DNA of 54,763 nt from Flavobacteriales bacterium (GCA_036405935.1 DASWWQ010000169.1:1-54763), one strand, 5' to 3'. Positions 9,223-18,779 are shown, numbered from the stretch's first letter. Made by a program: numbers and translations. The notes: generated by a model from the sequence alone, not told the origin.

Positions 9223-9990
9223 TCAGATGACCCCCGCTGCCAGCAGGGCCGCGATCGCCAGGATCAGCAGACCGACAAGGAGCTGCACCCCACGCATGGT
9301 CACCTTGGGGATCACCTTGCGCCCCCACCAGGCACCGAGGAAGGCCGCAAGCGTTGCAGCTGTCAGCAAAGGCCACTGATCCTGGAGGCCGAGCACGGTT
9401 CCACCGCGCAGATAGGTGGGTAGCCGCGTAAGGTCCACCAGACAGGCTATGGCCACGCCGCTGGCGATGAAGGCTTCCTTGCCCAGCCCGCTGCGCAACA
9501 GGAAGATGCTGCGGAGTGCACCTTGGTGCCCGCTCAGTCCCCCGAAGAAGCCGCTGACCACCCCGCCGGGTATCATCCAGTCCGGTGGTAGCGAGAGCTT
9601 GTTCAAGGTGCTGGAGATCTCGAACAGGCCGAACACGAGCATCGATCCGGCGATGATCAGGTCCAGGGGATCCACCGGATGCAGCACGCCTTGGTACAAG
9701 GCTTCGCGTGTGCCGAGCATCAGCATGAGGCGCGCACCGAGGAGGGCACCGAGAACGCCCGGCACACCGAAGAGCAGGATGGTGCGCCAGTGGATATCCC
9801 TCCACAGCAGTGCGAGCTTGAAGAGGTTGTTCAGCAAATGCACCACCGCGGTGAGCAGGATGGCCGTTTCCAGGGGAAAGAACAGCGCGAACACCGGCAG
9901 CAACAAAGTGCCCAGCCCGAAACCACTGATCAGGGTGATGAGCGAAGCGGCTAGCGCAACAGCGGGGATGAGGATGAAGGAGGCCTCCAT
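9223..9990 (-). CDS. TauE/SafE (TSUP) family anion exporter
   Basis: 255 aa, polytopic, duplicated 4-TM halves. GFGLGTLLLPVFALF and GGVVSGFFGGLSGHQGALR motifs typical of DUF81/TauE. Confidence 0.8.
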   Translation of the reverse strand: MEASFILIPAVALAASLITLISGFGLGTLLLPVFALFFPLETAILLTAVVHLLNNLFKLALLWRDIHWRTILLFGVPGVLGALLGARLMLMLGTREALYQGVLHPVDPLDLIIAGSMLVFGLFEISSTLNKLSLPPDWMIPGGVVSGFFGGLSGHQGALRSIFLLRSGLGKEAFIASGVAIACLVDLTRLPTYLRGGTVLGLQDQWPLLTAATLAAFLGAWWGRKVIPKVTMRGVQLLVGLLILAIAALLAAGVI

Positions 9991-10069
9991 GGATCCGCTT
10001 CAGGTCCTCTTGTTGGAGATCGAACGGTCCATCGTCCACTTGCCGGTGAAAACGGCGATGCGCATGCGC

Positions 10070-11143
10070 TCAGGGTGTTGGAACGGAACGACGGAAGTAC
10101 CGATCCCTGGCCCAGAAGGCCACGTTGACCAAGGCGATGAGCGCGGGCACTTCCACCAAGGGACCGATCACGCCCACGAAAGCCTGGCCGCTGTGGATCC
10201 CGAACACCCCGATGGCCACGGCGATGGCCAGCTCGAAGTTGTTGCCCGCCGCCGTGAAGGCGATGGAGGCGCTCTTGGAATAGTCGGCACCGAACCAACG
10301 GCCCACGGCCAGACTGATGACGAACATCACGGCGAAGTAGATCACCAGCGGGAGGGCGATCCGGAGAACATCGAGCGGCAGTTGCACGATCACCTCACCC
10401 TTGAGGCTGAACATCACGATGATGGTGAAGAGGAGCGCGATGAGGGTGATCGGGGAGATCCTCGGGATGAAGCGCTCACCATACCACTGTTCCCCTTTGT
10501 TGCGGATCAGGATGTACCGCGTCAGGAAACCAGTCGCGAACGGGATGCCCAGATAGATACCGACGCTCTGCGCGATCTCGCCGATCGGGACGTGGATCAC
10601 CGAAGCGTCGATCCCGAAGTACGGCGGAAGTACGGTGATGAAGAAGTACGCCTGAACGCTGTAGAGCAGCACTTGGAAGAGGCTGTTGAGCGCGACCAGC
10701 CCTGCGGCGTACTCGCGGTCGCCATCGGCCAGTTCGTTCCACACGATCACCATCGCGATGCATCGGGCGAGGCCGATCAGGATGAGGCCGACCATGTATT
10801 CCGGCTGGTCGCGGAGGAAGATCAACGCAAGAGTGAACATCAGCAACGGACCGATGATCCAGTTGAGCACCAACGAGGCGGTGAGCACGCGTGTATTGCG
10901 GAAGACCTCACCCATCTGCTCATAGCGCACCTTGGCCAAGGGCGGGTACATCATCAGGATGAGGCCGATGGCGATGGGCCAATTGGTGCTTCCGGTGGCC
11001 ATGCCAGCGATCGAAGCGCCGACCTGCGGAACGAAATGGCCAAGTGCTACGCCCATGGCCATGGCCAGGAAGATCCACAGGGTAAGGTAGCGGTCCAGGA
11101 AGCCGAGCTTCCTGCGTTCGTTGACCGGTGCACAGTGTTCCAT
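10070..11143 (-). CDS. acr3: ACR3-family arsenite efflux transporter
   Basis: 357 aa. [40 protein letters not shown] and [11 protein letters not shown] are hallmark Acr3 segments. Confidence 0.95.
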   Translation of the reverse strand: MEHCAPVNERRKLGFLDRYLTLWIFLAMAMGVALGHFVPQVGASIAGMATGSTNWPIAIGLILMMYPPLAKVRYEQMGEVFRNTRVLTASLVLNWIIGPLLMFTLALIFLRDQPEYMVGLILIGLARCIAMVIVWNELADGDREYAAGLVALNSLFQVLLYSVQAYFFITVLPPYFGIDASVIHVPIGEIAQSVGIYLGIPFATGFLTRYILIRNKGEQWYGERFIPRISPITLIALLFTIIVMFSLKGEVIVQLPLDVLRIALPLVIYFAVMFVISLAVGRWFGADYSKSASIAFTAAGNNFELAIAVAIGVFGIHSGQAFVGVIGPLVEVPALIALVNVAFWARDRYFRRSVPTP

Positions 11144-11144
11144 T

Positions 11145-11849
11145 TCAACGTGCGGCCTGTTGCATCACATACCACAGTTCCGCAGCGATCTGCAGGCACC
11201 GTTCGTCGTAGCGCGAGGCTTCCTCGGGTGTGTTGTCGGCTTCCTTGGGGTCGTTGTAGGGCAGGCTGATCCGGTCCAACGCGCCGAATACGATGGGGCA
11301 GTTCCGGTCGGCCTCCGAGCAGGTCATCACCGCGCAGAAGTCCTTTTGCGGGTTCGTGGCATCATCGTACTTCTTGCTCCAGCAGCGCTCGGCGGGATGG
11401 TCCTTCGCGAAGGATACCTCATGGACCGGGTTCTTCCCCTCGGGCTTCACCACTTGGAATCCGGCGCGCTCCAAGGCGGCCACCGCCCGGGGGTTGAAGG
11501 CCGTGGCCTCGGTGCCGCCGCTGTAGGTGCGCACGTGGTCATGTCCCCAGCTCCAGGCAGCCGTGGCCGCCCACAACTGGCCCAGGTGACTGCGCCGGCT
11601 GTTGTGCGTACAGATGAAGATGAGGTCGGCGGTCCGGCCTTCCGATCGACGTTCCTTCACGAACATGGCGAGGAGATCGAGACTCTCCTTGCGGTCAGCG
11701 GGAATGCTGGCCACGGCCGGGAGCACCCGTTCGTTCACGTAGCGCTGCAGTTCGGGGTGAAGGGTGCGGTCCATGGGACGGGTGGCAATGGTGTGGGGGA
11801 GAAGGGTCGTCAGAAGGAGGAGTGGGAACATGATGATGGAGTTCAGCAA
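11145..11849 (-). CDS. arsC: LMW protein-tyrosine-phosphatase-fold arsenate reductase with N-terminal extension
   Basis: CX5R P-loop in [14 protein letters not shown] plus a later CSEAD segment. Sits between arsM and acr3. The hydrophobic N-terminal extension ([11 protein letters not shown]) makes the exact start uncertain (11849 or 11831). Confidence 0.75.
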   Translation of the reverse strand: MLNSIIMFPLLLLTTLLPHTIATRPMDRTLHPELQRYVNERVLPAVASIPADRKESLDLLAMFVKERRSEGRTADLIFICTHNSRRSHLGQLWAATAAWSWGHDHVRTYSGGTEATAFNPRAVAALERAGFQVVKPEGKNPVHEVSFAKDHPAERCWSKKYDDATNPQKDFCAVMTCSEADRNCPIVFGALDRISLPYNDPKEADNTPEEASRYDERCLQIAAELWYVMQQAAR

Positions 11850-12718
11850 CAGTTGCTGTCGGTTCCGCAGCAGGCGGCCTTCAATTCCGACTGGTCACTT
11901 GGAGCTTGTCGTGGGACGGGTTTGGTGGCTGATACCGTGATGCTGAAGATGCCGGCATCCCCGGCCTTGTACGAGGCGATCTCCTCCGCCCCGAGGTATC
12001 GGCCCAGGATATCGTCCGGCACCAGGATGGGTTTGCGCTTCTGGATCGTCACTTGCTCGAAGCCCAGGTCGTGTATGATGCCGAGGTATTCGTGCTCGGG
12101 CAGGGCGCCGGCAACGCAGCCCGCGTACATCTCGGCGCTCTCCTTCAGCGCAGCGGGGATCGTACCGCGCAGCACCACATCGCTGATGCTGAAGTGGCCG
12201 CCCGGCTTCAGCACGCGCAGCACCTCGCTGAAGGCCTTGCGTTTGTCGGGCACCAGGTTCAGCACGCAGTTGCTCACCACCACGTCCACGATACGGCTCG
12301 TGAGCGGAAGGGCTTCGATATCGCCTTGGCGGAACTCCACGTTCTGGTAGCCCAGCTTGGCGGCGTTGGCCTTCGCCTTGGCCACCATCTCCGGGGTGAA
12401 GTCCACGCCGATCACCCGGCCGTCCGCTCCGGTCTCGTGGCGGGCGATGAAACAATCGTTGCCCGCACCGCTGCCAAGGTCGAGCACGGTATCGCCCGGC
12501 TTGATCCCCGCGAACTGCGTCGGCAGGCCGCAGCCCAGGCCGAGGTCCGCGTCGGGCGCGTAGCCTTTGAGCCCGGTGTAGTCATCGGTCATGATGTTGT
12601 ACACCTCGGTGCTGCAGCCTCCGGCACCACAACAGCTGCTGGCGTTCGTCTCCTTGTCCTGCGTGGCGATCTCCGCATACTTCGTGCGGACCATCTCCTT
12701 GATCTCCTGTTCGTTCAT
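11843..12718 (-). CDS. arsM: Arsenite S-adenosylmethionine methyltransferase
   Basis: ORF 11843..12820 trimmed to the ATG at 12718 (MNEQEIKEMVRTKYAEIA). Cys pairs SSCCGAGGC and [12 protein letters not shown] motif VLDLGSGAGNDCF. Confidence 0.9.
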   Translation of the reverse strand: MNEQEIKEMVRTKYAEIATQDKETNASSCCGAGGCSTEVYNIMTDDYTGLKGYAPDADLGLGCGLPTQFAGIKPGDTVLDLGSGAGNDCFIARHETGADGRVIGVDFTPEMVAKAKANAAKLGYQNVEFRQGDIEALPLTSRIVDVVVSNCVLNLVPDKRKAFSEVLRVLKPGGHFSISDVVLRGTIPAALKESAEMYAGCVAGALPEHEYLGIIHDLGFEQVTIQKRKPILVPDDILGRYLGAEEIASYKAGDAGIFSITVSATKPVPRQAPSDQSELKAACCGTDSNCC

Positions 12719-12737
12719 GGTTCTGTATGGGATGGGT

Positions 12738-13070
12738 TCAACAGCAGCTGCTGTCGAGGGGTCGGTATTTGTCGAACAGGGTGTTGAAGCCGGCCTGCAC
12801 CTTGGCCCACACCTTGGCATCGATGCAGTAGCACACGCTGGTGCCTTCCACCGTGCCGGTGATCAAGCCCGACTCCTTCAGTTCGCGCAGGTGTTGGCTG
12901 ATGGTGGCCTGCGCCAACCCCAGCTCGTCCACCAGGCTGCCGCAGACGCAGGTGTTCCGTTTCAGCAGGTACTGCAGGATGGCGATGCGCGCCGGATGCC
13001 CCAGCACCTTCGCCCATTGGGCCAGCTGGTTCTGTTGCGTGGTGAAGAGGTCGGTCCGTGTGACACCCAT
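12738..13070 (-). CDS. arsR: ArsR/SmtB-family metalloregulator
   Basis: 110 aa. LGHPARIAILQYL, metal-site CVCG, and the HTH LAQATISQHLRELKESGLI. Confidence 0.9.
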   Translation of the reverse strand: MGVTRTDLFTTQQNQLAQWAKVLGHPARIAILQYLLKRNTCVCGSLVDELGLAQATISQHLRELKESGLITGTVEGTSVCYCIDAKVWAKVQAGFNTLFDKYRPLDSSCC

Positions 13071-13083
13071 GTTCCGTTGAATG

Positions 13084-13099
13084 ATCGCAATATTACGAT
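13084..13099. promoter_or_regulatory. Imperfect 16-bp palindrome ATCGCAATATTACGAT, candidate ArsR operator
   Basis: Lies 14 nt upstream of the arsR start in an AT-rich patch of the arsR / araC-like divergent intergenic region. 14/16 positions are self-complementary. Confidence 0.4.
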
Positions 13100-13180
13100 A
13101 TATGGATCGATGGGGGTGCCTGGTCCGGAATTTTCCCTGGATCCCCTGGTCCGTACTTTCCGCCCGACATCCTGAACGTC

Positions 13181-13978
13181 GTGGAATACAACGAACATCC
13201 GGTCCCCGCTATCCTGTCCGGGGCCGTGCGTTGCCTCTGGACCTTGCGCGGGGATCCCGGTGCGGTGTCGCCCGAGCCGCAACCCGTATTGCCCGATGGC
13301 TGTGCGGAGCTGATCCTGAATTCGGCCGAACCGTTCGAGGAGTGGGAGGAGGGAGCTTGGCGGAAGCAGCCGGTCCGATTCCTCTACGGTCAGATCACGC
13401 AGGCCATCCGGTTGCGTCCTGCCGGAGCCACGGCGATGATCGGTGTGCGCTTCCATCCTTGGGGCGTCCACCGGCTTTTCGGTGCCGATGCCGTTGCCGA
13501 AGGGAAGACCCCCCTGGATCTCATCGATGGCGCAATGGACCAAAGCATGTCCGTGTCATTGCGCGATCGACCGTTCCCGGATGCCGTCCCGGTGGTGATC
13601 GGGGCCTTGGCGGAGCGGCCGCAACAACCGGTGGAACCCGCCTTGCTGCGTTTCATCCAGGCGTTGCAGGATCCCGAGGCCGGCCCGTTGGAACGCCTGA
13701 AGGCCGAAGTCCCCTTGAGCGAGCGCCAGTTGGAGCGCCGTTTCCTGGCCGTGGTGGGACTGCGCCCCAAGCTCCTCGCGCGGATCATCCGCTTGCGAAG
13801 GGCGATCGACCTGCTGCATGGTGGCGATGTGAAGGGCTTCGCCGCCCTGGCCCACGCGGCGGGGTATTTCGATCAGGCGCATTTCAACCGCGACCTCAAG
13901 GCCTTCACCGGCATGCCCCCACGGGCCTACTTCAAGCAGGACCTGTTGCTGCCCGAGTACTTCAGCGGTGTGCGATGA
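13181..13978 (+). CDS. AraC-family transcriptional regulator
   Basis: 265 aa with a GTG start. C-terminal LSERQLERRFLAVVGLRPKLLARIIRLRRA...GYFDQAHFNRDLKAFTGMPPRAY is the AraC HTH pair. Confidence 0.85.
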   Translation: MEYNEHPVPAILSGAVRCLWTLRGDPGAVSPEPQPVLPDGCAELILNSAEPFEEWEEGAWRKQPVRFLYGQITQAIRLRPAGATAMIGVRFHPWGVHRLFGADAVAEGKTPLDLIDGAMDQSMSVSLRDRPFPDAVPVVIGALAERPQQPVEPALLRFIQALQDPEAGPLERLKAEVPLSERQLERRFLAVVGLRPKLLARIIRLRRAIDLLHGGDVKGFAALAHAAGYFDQAHFNRDLKAFTGMPPRAYFKQDLLLPEYFSGVR

Positions 13979-14043
13979 TCGCCGGTTCCGTACAAGTCCG
14001 GCCGGCGGTGGAACACTTGTTTTGCTCCAACATCCCGGACCCC

Positions 14044-14496
14044 ATGAAACACCTGTTCGCCTTCCTCTGCGTGCTGTTCCTTCTCCCGGCCACGTTCGCC
14101 CAACAAGCACCCCTTGATCCCTGGACCGAACAGCTCGTGGGCCGTTGGGAAGGACCCTTGGGCGCGGGCACCTACGCCGAGGAATGGCACAAGGTTCAGG
14201 ACGGAACCTACGAAGGCACGGCGCGGATGACGCAGGGCGGAAAGGTGGTGAGCACCGAACGGATGCGGCTGACCTGGTTCGCGGGAAGCTGGCTCTTCAT
14301 CGCCTCCACCGAACACGGGATCACCTGCTTCGTACGCGCCTCGGACCGTGCCGATACGTGGATCTTCCAGAACCGCGAGCACGACTTTCCCCAACGCATC
14401 GGCTACACGATCAAGGGAGATGTCCTGAGCGCTTGGATCGATGACGGCAAGGACAACGGCCAGCGCATGGACTTCCACCTCGCGAGGTTGAAGTAA
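14044..14496 (+). CDS. Hypothetical secreted protein (about 150 aa)
   Basis: This is the real part of the chimeric ORF 13081..14496. ATG at 14044 followed by signal peptide MKHLFAFLCVLFLLPATFAQ. Confidence 0.55.
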   Translation: MKHLFAFLCVLFLLPATFAQQAPLDPWTEQLVGRWEGPLGAGTYAEEWHKVQDGTYEGTARMTQGGKVVSTERMRLTWFAGSWLFIASTEHGITCFVRASDRADTWIFQNREHDFPQRIGYTIKGDVLSAWIDDGKDNGQRMDFHLARLK

Positions 14497-14525
14497 AGGG
14501 TTTCGATGCGCGCCCTTGACCGTCG

Positions 14526-15311
14526 TTATCTGGACCGCAACAGCGTCAGGAACCAACCCGTTCCCAAGGACAGCAGCACGAGGGGCAACAGGCCCGGCTC
14601 CTGCTCCACCATCACCATGTAGGCCAGCGTCACCGCCCCGATGGCGGCCACCAGAAGGGACAGCACCGCGCGCACCGGAAAGCGATCGAACACCGAGGAG
14701 CCCTTTGTGGGCAATGCACCATCCGCGGTGCTGGCGGCTTGACGGAAGAGCTGCGCGGAGGCCGACCAGAACAGGACGAATATCGCGTTGATCGCCAGGA
14801 CCAGGCCTTGGCTTTCGGCGGTCACCGCATCCGTGGCGAAGGCGAATACTGTCACCGCCACTTGGACCACTGCGGTCGCGAGCATCAGGTGGGAGAGGGT
14901 CCTGGCGTGGAGGCCCGGCAGCAGGGCGCTCAGCAAGGGGAGCACCGCGATGGCCAGGTAGAGCACGTTCGCCGTGTTGGCGCCCGAGCCCACGAAGCCC
15001 ACGGCGGCATTGCTCCACACCAGGAGGAAGGTGGCCGCAATGGCCAGCAGGGCACCGGTGCGGTAGGTGTCGTCCGTGGAACGGCGCAGCACCAGTTCGA
15101 AGAGCAGCCCCGAGCCGCCCAGCAGCAGGGCGGCCACCAGGAAGTCCGCGGCGTCCCACGCTACCTCGTGCGTGAAGAACATCGCTATCGCGGGAAGCAG
15201 CAGCACCAAGGCGGCGCCGGACCAGCCTACGATCCGTAGGATGTTCCACCGCTGTTCGGAGCTGTTCATGCCTCCCATCATCCGTTTTCCGCTTGGTGCT
15301 GTCATGGCCAT
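14526..15311 (-). CDS. Polytopic membrane protein, function unknown
   Basis: ORF 14526..15542 trimmed. Candidate starts are the ATG at 15311 or at 15269 (MNSSEQRWNILRIVGW...). About 7 hydrophobic helices. Confidence 0.5.
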   Translation of the reverse strand: MAMTAPSGKRMMGGMNSSEQRWNILRIVGWSGAALVLLLPAIAMFFTHEVAWDAADFLVAALLLGGSGLLFELVLRRSTDDTYRTGALLAIAATFLLVWSNAAVGFVGSGANTANVLYLAIAVLPLLSALLPGLHARTLSHLMLATAVVQVAVTVFAFATDAVTAESQGLVLAINAIFVLFWSASAQLFRQAASTADGALPTKGSSVFDRFPVRAVLSLLVAAIGAVTLAYMVMVEQEPGLLPLVLLSLGTGWFLTLLRSR

Positions 15312-15470
15312 GGTCCTTGGTCGTGTTTGTACTGGTTCAAAGTACTTTGAGTTGCAAAGTTGATCCGGATAACGCCACGGCGCAAATCGGATCCACGAAC
15401 GGTTGGGCGGAACGGGACCGTTCCTGTCCCCAACGCTTGGGCCCGGATGGGCGTTACCGGCTTCAATGGC

Positions 15471-15540
15471 GTGAAGTGATAGCCCTTTGTCGCGCGCCGC
15501 CACGTCTGGCGCGGAGGGTTCCCGGGACTTTTGCCCCATC
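15471..15540 (+). promoter_or_regulatory. Conserved 70-nt upstream module, copy A (operator-like block plus -7-like box)
   Basis: Aligns without gaps to 17195..17264. Block 1 is TGAAGTGATAGCCCTTTGTCG and block 2 is CCCGGGACTTTTGCCCCATC. Ends 13 nt before the ATG at 15554. Confidence 0.55.
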
Positions 15541-15553
15541 ACTTCACCCGACC

Positions 15554-16039
15554 ATGTTCCGACCAGCCGAGCTTCTTCTTTCGATCGCCGCCATGAGCTT
15601 CATCATCGTGATCGGCGGAGCCACCTATGAGCACCTGGCCTTCGTGCCCCAGTGGACCGCTGCACCGCCGGCCTCCTTGGCGATGTTGCAAGGGCCTTAT
15701 GGCTTGAGGGCCCAGGATTTCTGGATCCCCATCCACCCGGTGACGTTAGTGCTGATGGGGTCGGCGCTCCTGGTCAACTGGCGCGGTCCGCGGCGCCGCA
15801 CCATCGGCCTGGCCTTGGGTGGCTATGTGGTCGTGTTGGCGGTCACCTTCGCGTTCTTCGTACCCGAGCTCATCGCCATCACCACCACCCCTTACGCAAC
15901 CGTGGTGGACCCCGGGCTCCAGGCCCGCGCCGCACGCTGGGAGACCCTCAGTCTGGTGCGGCTTTCCGTGCTCATGGTCCTGGCGATGGTGTTGCTTTCG
16001 GCACTCACCATCCCCAGCGGCGCTTCGCGCAAGGCATGA
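15554..16039 (+). CDS. Small 4-TM membrane protein (DUF1772/anthrone-oxygenase-like, tentative)
   Basis: ORF 15293..16039 trimmed to the ATG at 15554 (MFRPAELLLSIAAMSFIIVIGGATYEHLAFVPQW). Size and topology fit DUF1772. The family call is from memory only. Confidence 0.5.
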   Translation: MFRPAELLLSIAAMSFIIVIGGATYEHLAFVPQWTAAPPASLAMLQGPYGLRAQDFWIPIHPVTLVLMGSALLVNWRGPRRRTIGLALGGYVVVLAVTFAFFVPELIAITTTPYATVVDPGLQARAARWETLSLVRLSVLMVLAMVLLSALTIPSGASRKA

Positions 16040-16096
16040 GCGGTGGACTTCGGGGTGGAGGGGATGTTTCCTCCGATTCCTACGCGACCCGTGTGT

Positions 16097-17143
16097 TCAA
16101 GCTCGAAGCGCTCCTTGGCGGAACTCCTTCGGTGTGCTGCCTGTCCATTGGCGGAAGGCCCGTTGGAACGAGGTGGGTTCGAAGTAGCCCAGCTTGTGCG
16201 CGATGTCGGCGATGGTCAGCTCCGGGTTCGCCAGCAGGTGCTCGGCGAGCTCCTGCTTCACCGCATCCGATAGTTCCCTGAACGTGGTGCCCTCCTGGCT
16301 CAGCTTGCGCTGCAAGGTGCGCGGCGTCAGGTGCAGCACTTCGGCGATGACCTCCAACGGCGGGAAGGTGATCTGCATGTTGCCGAGCATCACTTGTTTC
16401 ACCTTCTCCGAGAAGGCCCCTGCTGCGGCGTGCTTGCGCTGCTGCTCCTCGTACAGCTCCTTCAGCATGGCGTTCAGCGGCTGGTTATGGCCGATGAGCG
16501 GTGCCCGCAGGTCGGCTTCGGTGAAGACCATGCAGTTCGCCTCCTCGCCGAACGACGGGCGGCACCGGAAGATGCGCTCGTACTCACCGATGTCGGCCGG
16601 GCGGGCATGGCGAAAGCCCAAACGGATGGGCCGGATGTGCTTCCGCGTGAGCAGTTCCAGCTGATGGACGACCGAGGAGTACGAGGTTTCGATCACGTGC
16701 GCCGCCGTCACCGGCGATCGCTCCCACCACACCGGTACGACCTCCGTGTACAGATGCACCTCATCACCCACTGTGGCCAGGCGGAAGGTCTGCAGGTTGG
16801 TGAAGGCCTGGCTGAACTCCTGGGCGCCGCGCAGCACATCCAAGGCGTGTTTGCTGCTACCGATCAGAAGGCCCGCAAGCCCCAGCGCCGAAAGGTCCGT
16901 GCGTTCACCCATATGCAGACCCAACAGGGGATCGCCCGAGACACGGATCGCCGACGACAATCCCGCACAGCATTGGTCCAGGGTGAGGCGCATGTCGCCC
17001 GCTTCCAGGTCGTCCATCGTGATGCCGATGTCCGCACAGATCTCCGCCATGCCCTTCGCATTCCCGCCGGCATACAGCACCGTGTTGCGCACGATGGTCA
17101 TGCCCACCCACAGCGTGGACGTCGTCGATCCGCTGCTCTTCAT
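16097..17143 (-). CDS. AraC-family transcriptional regulator (AraC-type ligand-binding N-domain + HTH)
   Basis: ORF 16097..17398 trimmed to the ATG at 17143 (alternative 17101). C-terminal LTPRTLQRKLSQEGTTFRELSDAVKQELAEHLL...IADIAHKLGYFEPTSFQRAFRQWTGSTPKEFR. Confidence 0.85.
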   Translation of the reverse strand: MKSSGSTTSTLWVGMTIVRNTVLYAGGNAKGMAEICADIGITMDDLEAGDMRLTLDQCCAGLSSAIRVSGDPLLGLHMGERTDLSALGLAGLLIGSSKHALDVLRGAQEFSQAFTNLQTFRLATVGDEVHLYTEVVPVWWERSPVTAAHVIETSYSSVVHQLELLTRKHIRPIRLGFRHARPADIGEYERIFRCRPSFGEEANCMVFTEADLRAPLIGHNQPLNAMLKELYEEQQRKHAAAGAFSEKVKQVMLGNMQITFPPLEVIAEVLHLTPRTLQRKLSQEGTTFRELSDAVKQELAEHLLANPELTIADIAHKLGYFEPTSFQRAFRQWTGSTPKEFRQGALRA

Positions 17144-17194
17144 GCTCGCGTTCACCCTTTCGGCCGAAGATAGAAGCGGCGCACAACGCGTGGC

Positions 17195-17264
17195 ATGAAG
17201 TGACAGCCCTTTGTCGTGAACCGCCACCTCCCAAGGCCCGGTGCCCGGGGACTTTTGCGCCATC
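17195..17264 (+). promoter_or_regulatory. Conserved 70-nt upstream module, copy B
   Basis: Block 1 is TGAAGTGACAGCCCTTTGTCG (contains GACA-N6-TGTC). Block 2 is CCGGGGACTTTTGCGCCATC. Ends 12 nt before the ATG at 17277. Lies in the divergent region shared with the AraC gene. Confidence 0.55.
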
Positions 17265-17276
17265 AACAACGCCACC

Positions 17277-18725
17277 ATGCGCACGTTCCTCTTCCGCCGC
17301 ACCGCACTGCTCGTGTTCGGTCTGATGCCGTTCCTGTCGAACGCCCAGGACAGCACCTTCACCATCGTACCCCGGCTGTTGCTGGACCTCCCTCTCATCG
17401 ATGCACCCTATGCCTGGCATGCGGCAACGATGTCCGCCAACAAGCGCCTCGGTACCACCGACGGAACGAACGCCGCACCGGGGGCGGGCGACCTGTTGCG
17501 GGGCTATGAGAACCCGTCCATGCAGCAAGCACTCACCGTGACCAAGGGCCTGCACGCAACGAACTACTACCTCACCAACACCCTCTGGAACCGGGCCATC
17601 GCGCCCACGACCCGGAAGCGCTACCTGCTGAACCGCTTGGTGGCCAACGTGCAGGCCGGCGTGGTGGACTACGTGCTGGCCTACAACCTCATGGTGTTCG
17701 GGCCCGCCTGGATGCATGAGGAATTCCATCGGTCAGGCACCACGCTGCGCGGCATCCCCACCTTCAACGAGACCTACTACCGCTTCGGGGGCGGCATCCC
17801 GAGCGCTTCGGTATCCCACGTGGCCGATGCCGACATGGTGCGCTTCAAGCAGGAGGCACCGAACGAACTGGTCCGAAGTTTCGCAGCAGGCATCGAAGCC
17901 CAGTACGCGCTGCTGCGCAACATGCAGCAGGACGATCTCTTCCAGCGCACGCACTACCCCAACGTGGCGATGAACATCCTCATCACCAAGCAGGCGGTGG
18001 GCTATGTACGCCAGTTCCGCGCGGCGGACTATGACCGGAGCATCGACACGATGAACCACTACGGCAACGACATGGCCGAACGCGACTACGTGGGTTGGGA
18101 CTTCACCGCATGGGTGTACGACCTGCACCGGCCGGAGGAAGGCTATGCGGAGCGCGGTGTGCATCCCAACGGCAACGGCATCGACCGCGCCATCAAACGT
18201 TCGCGGCTCACCGCCGAGGAGGACGCCTACCTGGTGCGCATGGGCGACCTGCAGTACCTGAACTTCCTCTCGCCGAACATGATCGGGGTGCACGGCTTCC
18301 GGATCGGTGCCGGTACGCGCTTCAACTTCGCCGTGCGCCACATCCTGACCTCGTTCGGGTACGACCTCGGTGGTGATCTGCTCCTCGATCGCAAGGGCAG
18401 GCATTGGATGCTCGGCATCCACACCTACCACAACCACGCGCGCAGCTTCGGCGGAGTGGAACTGATGCGCAAGGGCCTACGCATGGGCGCTGCTGAAGTG
18501 GACCTGCGCGGCATGCTGTGGATGCAACCCGAACGCGGTGGCTTCTACGATCGGCAGGGGAAGGCCGGTGGCCTCCTCACCGTTCGCGCCGCCTTCCCCT
18601 TGGGCGGTCCATTCAAGGCCTATGCCGAGGCCGAAGGCAAGTCCGCCGGCTGGGTGATGGCCAACCCCTACCTCGATACCAACCTCAGCATCCGCGCCGG
18701 CCTCGCACTCGACATCCATCGCTGA
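17277..18725 (+). CDS. Hypothetical exported protein with an HExxH motif and a beta-rich C-terminus
   Basis: ORF 17241..18725 trimmed to the ATG at 17277 (MRTFLFRRTALLVFGLMPFLSNAQ signal). HEEFH at nt 17715..17729. The C-terminal strands end in SIRAGLALDIHR. Confidence 0.6.
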   Translation: MRTFLFRRTALLVFGLMPFLSNAQDSTFTIVPRLLLDLPLIDAPYAWHAATMSANKRLGTTDGTNAAPGAGDLLRGYENPSMQQALTVTKGLHATNYYLTNTLWNRAIAPTTRKRYLLNRLVANVQAGVVDYVLAYNLMVFGPAWMHEEFHRSGTTLRGIPTFNETYYRFGGGIPSASVSHVADADMVRFKQEAPNELVRSFAAGIEAQYALLRNMQQDDLFQRTHYPNVAMNILITKQAVGYVRQFRAADYDRSIDTMNHYGNDMAERDYVGWDFTAWVYDLHRPEEGYAERGVHPNGNGIDRAIKRSRLTAEEDAYLVRMGDLQYLNFLSPNMIGVHGFRIGAGTRFNFAVRHILTSFGYDLGGDLLLDRKGRHWMLGIHTYHNHARSFGGVELMRKGLRMGAAEVDLRGMLWMQPERGGFYDRQGKAGGLLTVRAAFPLGGPFKAYAEAEGKSAGWVMANPYLDTNLSIRAGLALDIHR

Positions 18726-18779
18726 TCACGTCCTCCCGACCTCGACACCAGAACAGAAACACACAACATCCATTCTCCC

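Noticed and set aside
9416-11269. 617-aa plus-strand ORF spanning the TauE and acr3 loci
   Set aside because: It crosses two unambiguous minus-strand transporter genes and an intergenic gap, and has no recognisable domains.
13081-14496. 471-aa ORF apparently covering the AraC gene region and beyond
   Set aside because: It is out of frame with the well-supported AraC gene at 13181..13978. Only its last 150 codons (from the ATG at 14044, with a signal peptide) look like a real gene.
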